A DNA stretch of 26,887 nucleotides from Octopus sinensis (lineage: Eukaryota): positions 1-26,887 of the forward strand of contig NW_021836062.1 of assembly GCF_006345805.1 (NCBI RefSeq). The letters run 5' to 3'. A model generated the notes under the pieces. The model saw only the letters and a program-made list of their open reading frames with translations. It did not search any database and was not told the DNA's origin. The position numbers and the translations under genes were made by a program. Each line of letters opens with the position of its first letter. The first letter of the stretch is position 1. Positions 23,179 through 26,887 of this stretch are shown one piece after another.

Positions 23179-23234
23179 GGAAGCGCAATGGCCTAGTGGT
23201 TAGGGCAGCGAACTCGCGGACGAAGGATCGCGGT
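23179..23234 (+). repeat. Inverted duplicate of the adjacent SINE head
   Basis: Identical to the reverse complement of 22991-23045 except for one extra G. Confidence 0.9.
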
Positions 23235-23277
23235 ATATATATATATGTGTATATATGTATATATATATATCTGTATA

Positions 23278-23390
<113 letters not shown>

Positions 23391-23417
23391 GTTTGTATGA
23401 CTGTGTATAAAGGGAAA

Positions 23418-23785
23418 TATATTATTTAAGAAATTCCAACTCTGTTTTTATGTTTTATTTATATTCTTTATATTTTTTATTCTTTAGAAGTAGACAAACA
23501 ACTACTACTGCTGCCCACAGGAACATATATAAAGGGCAATAGACAGCCAGTCAACCACAGTTGAAACACTCCTGTCACAACCTGGGACCTTGATGACTGC
23601 TTAAATGCAAGAAAGTATACTAATATTTTATATTCAATATTTCATTTATTCAATAAGACAATCAATACTTCATTTCATTTTACTATATATACTATTTATA
23701 CTATATATTCTATATTCTACATAAATAATATAAAGAATATAAATAAAACATAAAAAACAGAGTTGGAATTTCTTTGAATAATATA
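23418..23785. mobile_element. ~365-bp element with ~62-bp terminal inverted repeats (MITE-like or inverted PLE termini)
   Basis: 23418-23480 is the near-exact reverse complement of 23721-23785; TA-rich flanks. Confidence 0.75.
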
Positions 23786-23821
23786 TATATATATTATATA
23801 TATATACATATATATATATAT

Positions 23822-24208
23822 CTTTTATCTTTTATCTTTTACTTGTTTCAGTCATTTGACTGCGGCCATGCTGGAGCACCGCCTTTTAGTCGAGCAAATC
23901 GACCCCAGGACTTATTCTTTGTAAGCCTAGTACTTATCCTATCGGTCTCTTTTGCCGAACCGCTAAGTAACGGGGACGTAAGCACACCAGCATCGGTTGT
24001 CAAGCGATGTTGGGGGGACAAACACAGACACACAAACACCACACACATATATATGCATATATATATTTCAGTTTCCGTCTACAAAATCCACTCACAAGGC
24101 TTTGGTCGGCCGAGGCTATAGTAGAAGAGACTTACCCAAGGAGCCACGCAGCGGGACTGAACCCGGAACTGTGTGGTTGGTAAGCAAGGCTACTTACCAC
24201 ACAGCCAC
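23822..24208 (-). mobile_element. Near full-length tRNA/CORE-like SINE
   Basis: Collinear with 15884-16293. Confidence 0.88.
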
Positions 24209-24249
24209 ATATATATATATATATATATATAATATATATTATATATAGA

Positions 24250-24280
<31 letters not shown>

Positions 24281-24324
24281 GTGTGTTGTGTGTGTGTGTG
24301 TGGTGTGTGTGTGTGTAGTATGTA

Positions 24325-24520
24325 TAGTGAGAATTTACAAAAAACAAAAGACGAAGACAGAGGGTGTGTAAACAACAAACAGATGTATTAGTTTAACGCT
24401 CGGGAAGTGAGAAATTCTTTTACGTTTCGAGCCAACATTCTTCGACAGAAAGGAACACAGAAATAAACAGGGAGAGAAAATAGAAAAAGGTTTAGTGGCT
24501 AGCGATCTATCATGGCGAAT
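24325..24520 (-). mobile_element. PLE pLTR-like non-coding element with a variant HHR motif
   Basis: Minus 24452-24417: CTTT-CTGTCGA-A-GAATGTTGGCTC-GAAA-CG-TA-AAAG. Related to 7545-7830; boundaries approximate. Confidence 0.5.
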
Positions 24521-24804
24521 GCCAGACAGAGGGGTCTTCCTTCACCTTAGTAGATTACCAACCAAGGTTAAAGAGCTTCTACCTGCCCATGAGGTAGGCT
24601 ATCCTGTGCCAGACACCAAAACGACACCCAGACGCTCCATAGAGGGATTAAATATCATTCCGGTGTCCGACGCGGAGCAGCTCATGTATATATATATATA
24701 CATACATAAAAACAAAAGTAGAAGTAAAAGACATGTAATTTAAAGATATAAATAAAATAAGATTTAGATATAAATAATATATTAAAAAATTTTTTAAAAT
24801 ACTA

Positions 24805-25288
<484 letters not shown>

Positions 25289-25728
25289 GGTACACAAATG
25301 AGAGTGCGGCGGAAAAAGTAGAGTGAATGAATAAAGAAAATTGGAATAAAGAAACTGCTCGAACGAATTGGGGAAGAAAATGCGAGAAAGTTGCAAAAAT
25401 ACGAAGGGACATGCTGGGATGGAAGCAGGGAAGAAAATGAGTTTGAAATATATGAGAGTTTGGTCGTATCTTGGCATTCTCGTACAGAATTTTAGAAGGA
25501 GTCGATAAATTATCAGAACTATTCGAAAATATTTTAATTTCTTGTTAAAGAGAATTTCAAATTTGATCGAAGCTAATGAAAAATAAATTGCAACAATATC
25601 ACAGAAAATGAGAAAAAAAACATGTAAAATTGTATTAATATAATTTTGGTTATTTTAGCATGTGTGTCTGTGTGTGTATGGTTCTGTCTGTCTGTGTTCA
25701 TAAAGTGAAAGGGGGGATATGAGAGAAT

Positions 25729-25786
<58 letters not shown>

Positions 25787-25872
25787 GTGTGTGTGTGAGT
25801 GTGTGTGTGTGTATTAATGGGCATACATACACATATACGTCTCACATATTTACATACATACATGCACTTATA

Positions 25873-26122
25873 CAGAGTGTTCAAAAAGTCTCTCCGCAGT
25901 AAGTAATTTTATTGCAAAATAAATATTTATAAGATGGTATAAAACTACAAAAGAATATACAAGACTTTACAAGACTTTAGAAGAGGTGTTGAAAGTGTCG
26001 TCCTTCATTTTTAATACATAAGTTGGCTCTTCTACACTGTTTTGAAATAAATCTTGAAGAGTCTGACTCTTGGAGAGTCAGGAAGAAAAAATTCACTGCG
26101 GAGAGACTTTTTGAACACCCTG
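25873..26122. mobile_element. Tc1/mariner-type MITE, 250 bp
   Basis: 28-bp TIRs CAGAGTGTTCAAAAAGTCTCTCCGCAGT (25873-25900) / ACTGCGGAGAGACTTTTTGAACACCCTG (26095-26122), 27/28 match. TA on the left; GA instead of TA on the right. Confidence 0.85.
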
Positions 26123-26351
26123 GATATGATAATTTTGGTTAATTAGCGTTGGATCTTATTTCTTTTTTTTGATTTGCGAAGTAGAAAAGCATCACGAAAA
26201 TATACATTTCTCTTCCGTCTGGAGAAAGACGGTCAGAAATGTTGCGACAGAATGGATTCTGATAAAGCTACCCGAAACCCAAAACTCAGGTGGTTGTATT
26301 GAACCGAGCGGAGGATTATTCTACCACCTAACAACAGATAGATTCAGTTCA

Positions 26352-26450
26352 TCCGACGGGCTTCCACGCAGTTTCCGTCTACGTGTTTTCAATACAAGTC
26401 TTGAATCGACCTGAGGCTACGAAAGACTACACATGCCGAAAGTGCCGCTT
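26352..26450 (-). mobile_element. Old degenerate fragment of the CORE-like SINE
   Basis: CGACGGGCTTCCACGCAGTTTCCGTCTAC...TCGACCTGAGGCTA resembles 16130-16215. Confidence 0.6.
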
Positions 26451-26572
26451 GCGAGAGAAAAGCTTCTTTCAGCTCAGCTGTGTGACTCAACCTTGAAGTT
26501 CGGTTTACAGATATGATTTTACTTGGTTTCTATGTCTGCCTTTCTCTGTTGTCATTTTAATTCTTTAAATTA

Positions 26573-26700
26573 GAAGGCGGCGGTGGATAAAGAATTTAAT
26601 GGCATTTCTTCAGCCCTTTAACTTCCGAATTCAAGTGCCGCTAAGGTCAACTCTGCTTTTCATCCTTTTCACGTTGATAAGATAAAGTACCAGCTGAGCA
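26573..26700 (+). mobile_element. Degenerate Nin-domain-like SINE
   Basis: AAGGCGGCGG...GAATTCAAGTGCCGCTAAGGTCAACTCTGCTTTTCATCCTTTTC..GATAAGATAAAGTACCAG aligns with 11584-11725. Confidence 0.7.
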
Positions 26701-26887
26701 TTATTTAAGTTGAAGAGGCATTACCTGCAAGTGAAGATGAAGATTTCCTATGGTCGAGTAGACCGAAGTTGTAAAAGCATTAGCCCCACTTCTGCTTCAC
26801 GTCCCAAAAGTCATTTGCGGTGCATTTTTTGTGCTGTTGTTTTATACACTTTTATTGTCGATATCAAATGTTCGAAGTCCTTGCCGT

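Noticed and set aside
26063-26081. CTGACTCT-TGG-AGAGTCAG hairpin inside the MITE
   Set aside because: An 8-bp stem with no ribozyme core or other context; likely incidental.

Overview
AT-rich, microsatellite-saturated animal genomic DNA. The SINE families and the (TA)n/(CA)n/(GATA)n landscape look like an octopus or other coleoid genome; this is recognition from memory, not a database result. I found no supportable host protein-coding gene, and most ORFs in the supplied track are translations of simple repeats or antisense to transposon ORFs. The window is a retroelement graveyard. It holds two Penelope-like elements (PLEs) with GIY-YIG endonuclease remnants, one of them a ~3.35 kb tail-out palindrome. 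It also holds several PLE-type minimal hammerhead ribozyme (HHR) motifs (three with an intact core and paired stem I, one near-intact, three degenerate), a 479-nt terminally redundant HHR-bearing unit, a 5'-truncated Tx1/L1-clade LINE between (GATA)n arrays, a HERO-like RLE retrotransposon fragment, an RTE fragment, four tRNA-derived SINE families and a Tc1/mariner MITE. The best leads are the ribozyme-bearing PLE and retrozyme-like structures and a tandem SINE whose internal units end in a tail homologous to the 3' end of the Tx1-like LINE in the same window. All alignments and folds were done by eye.
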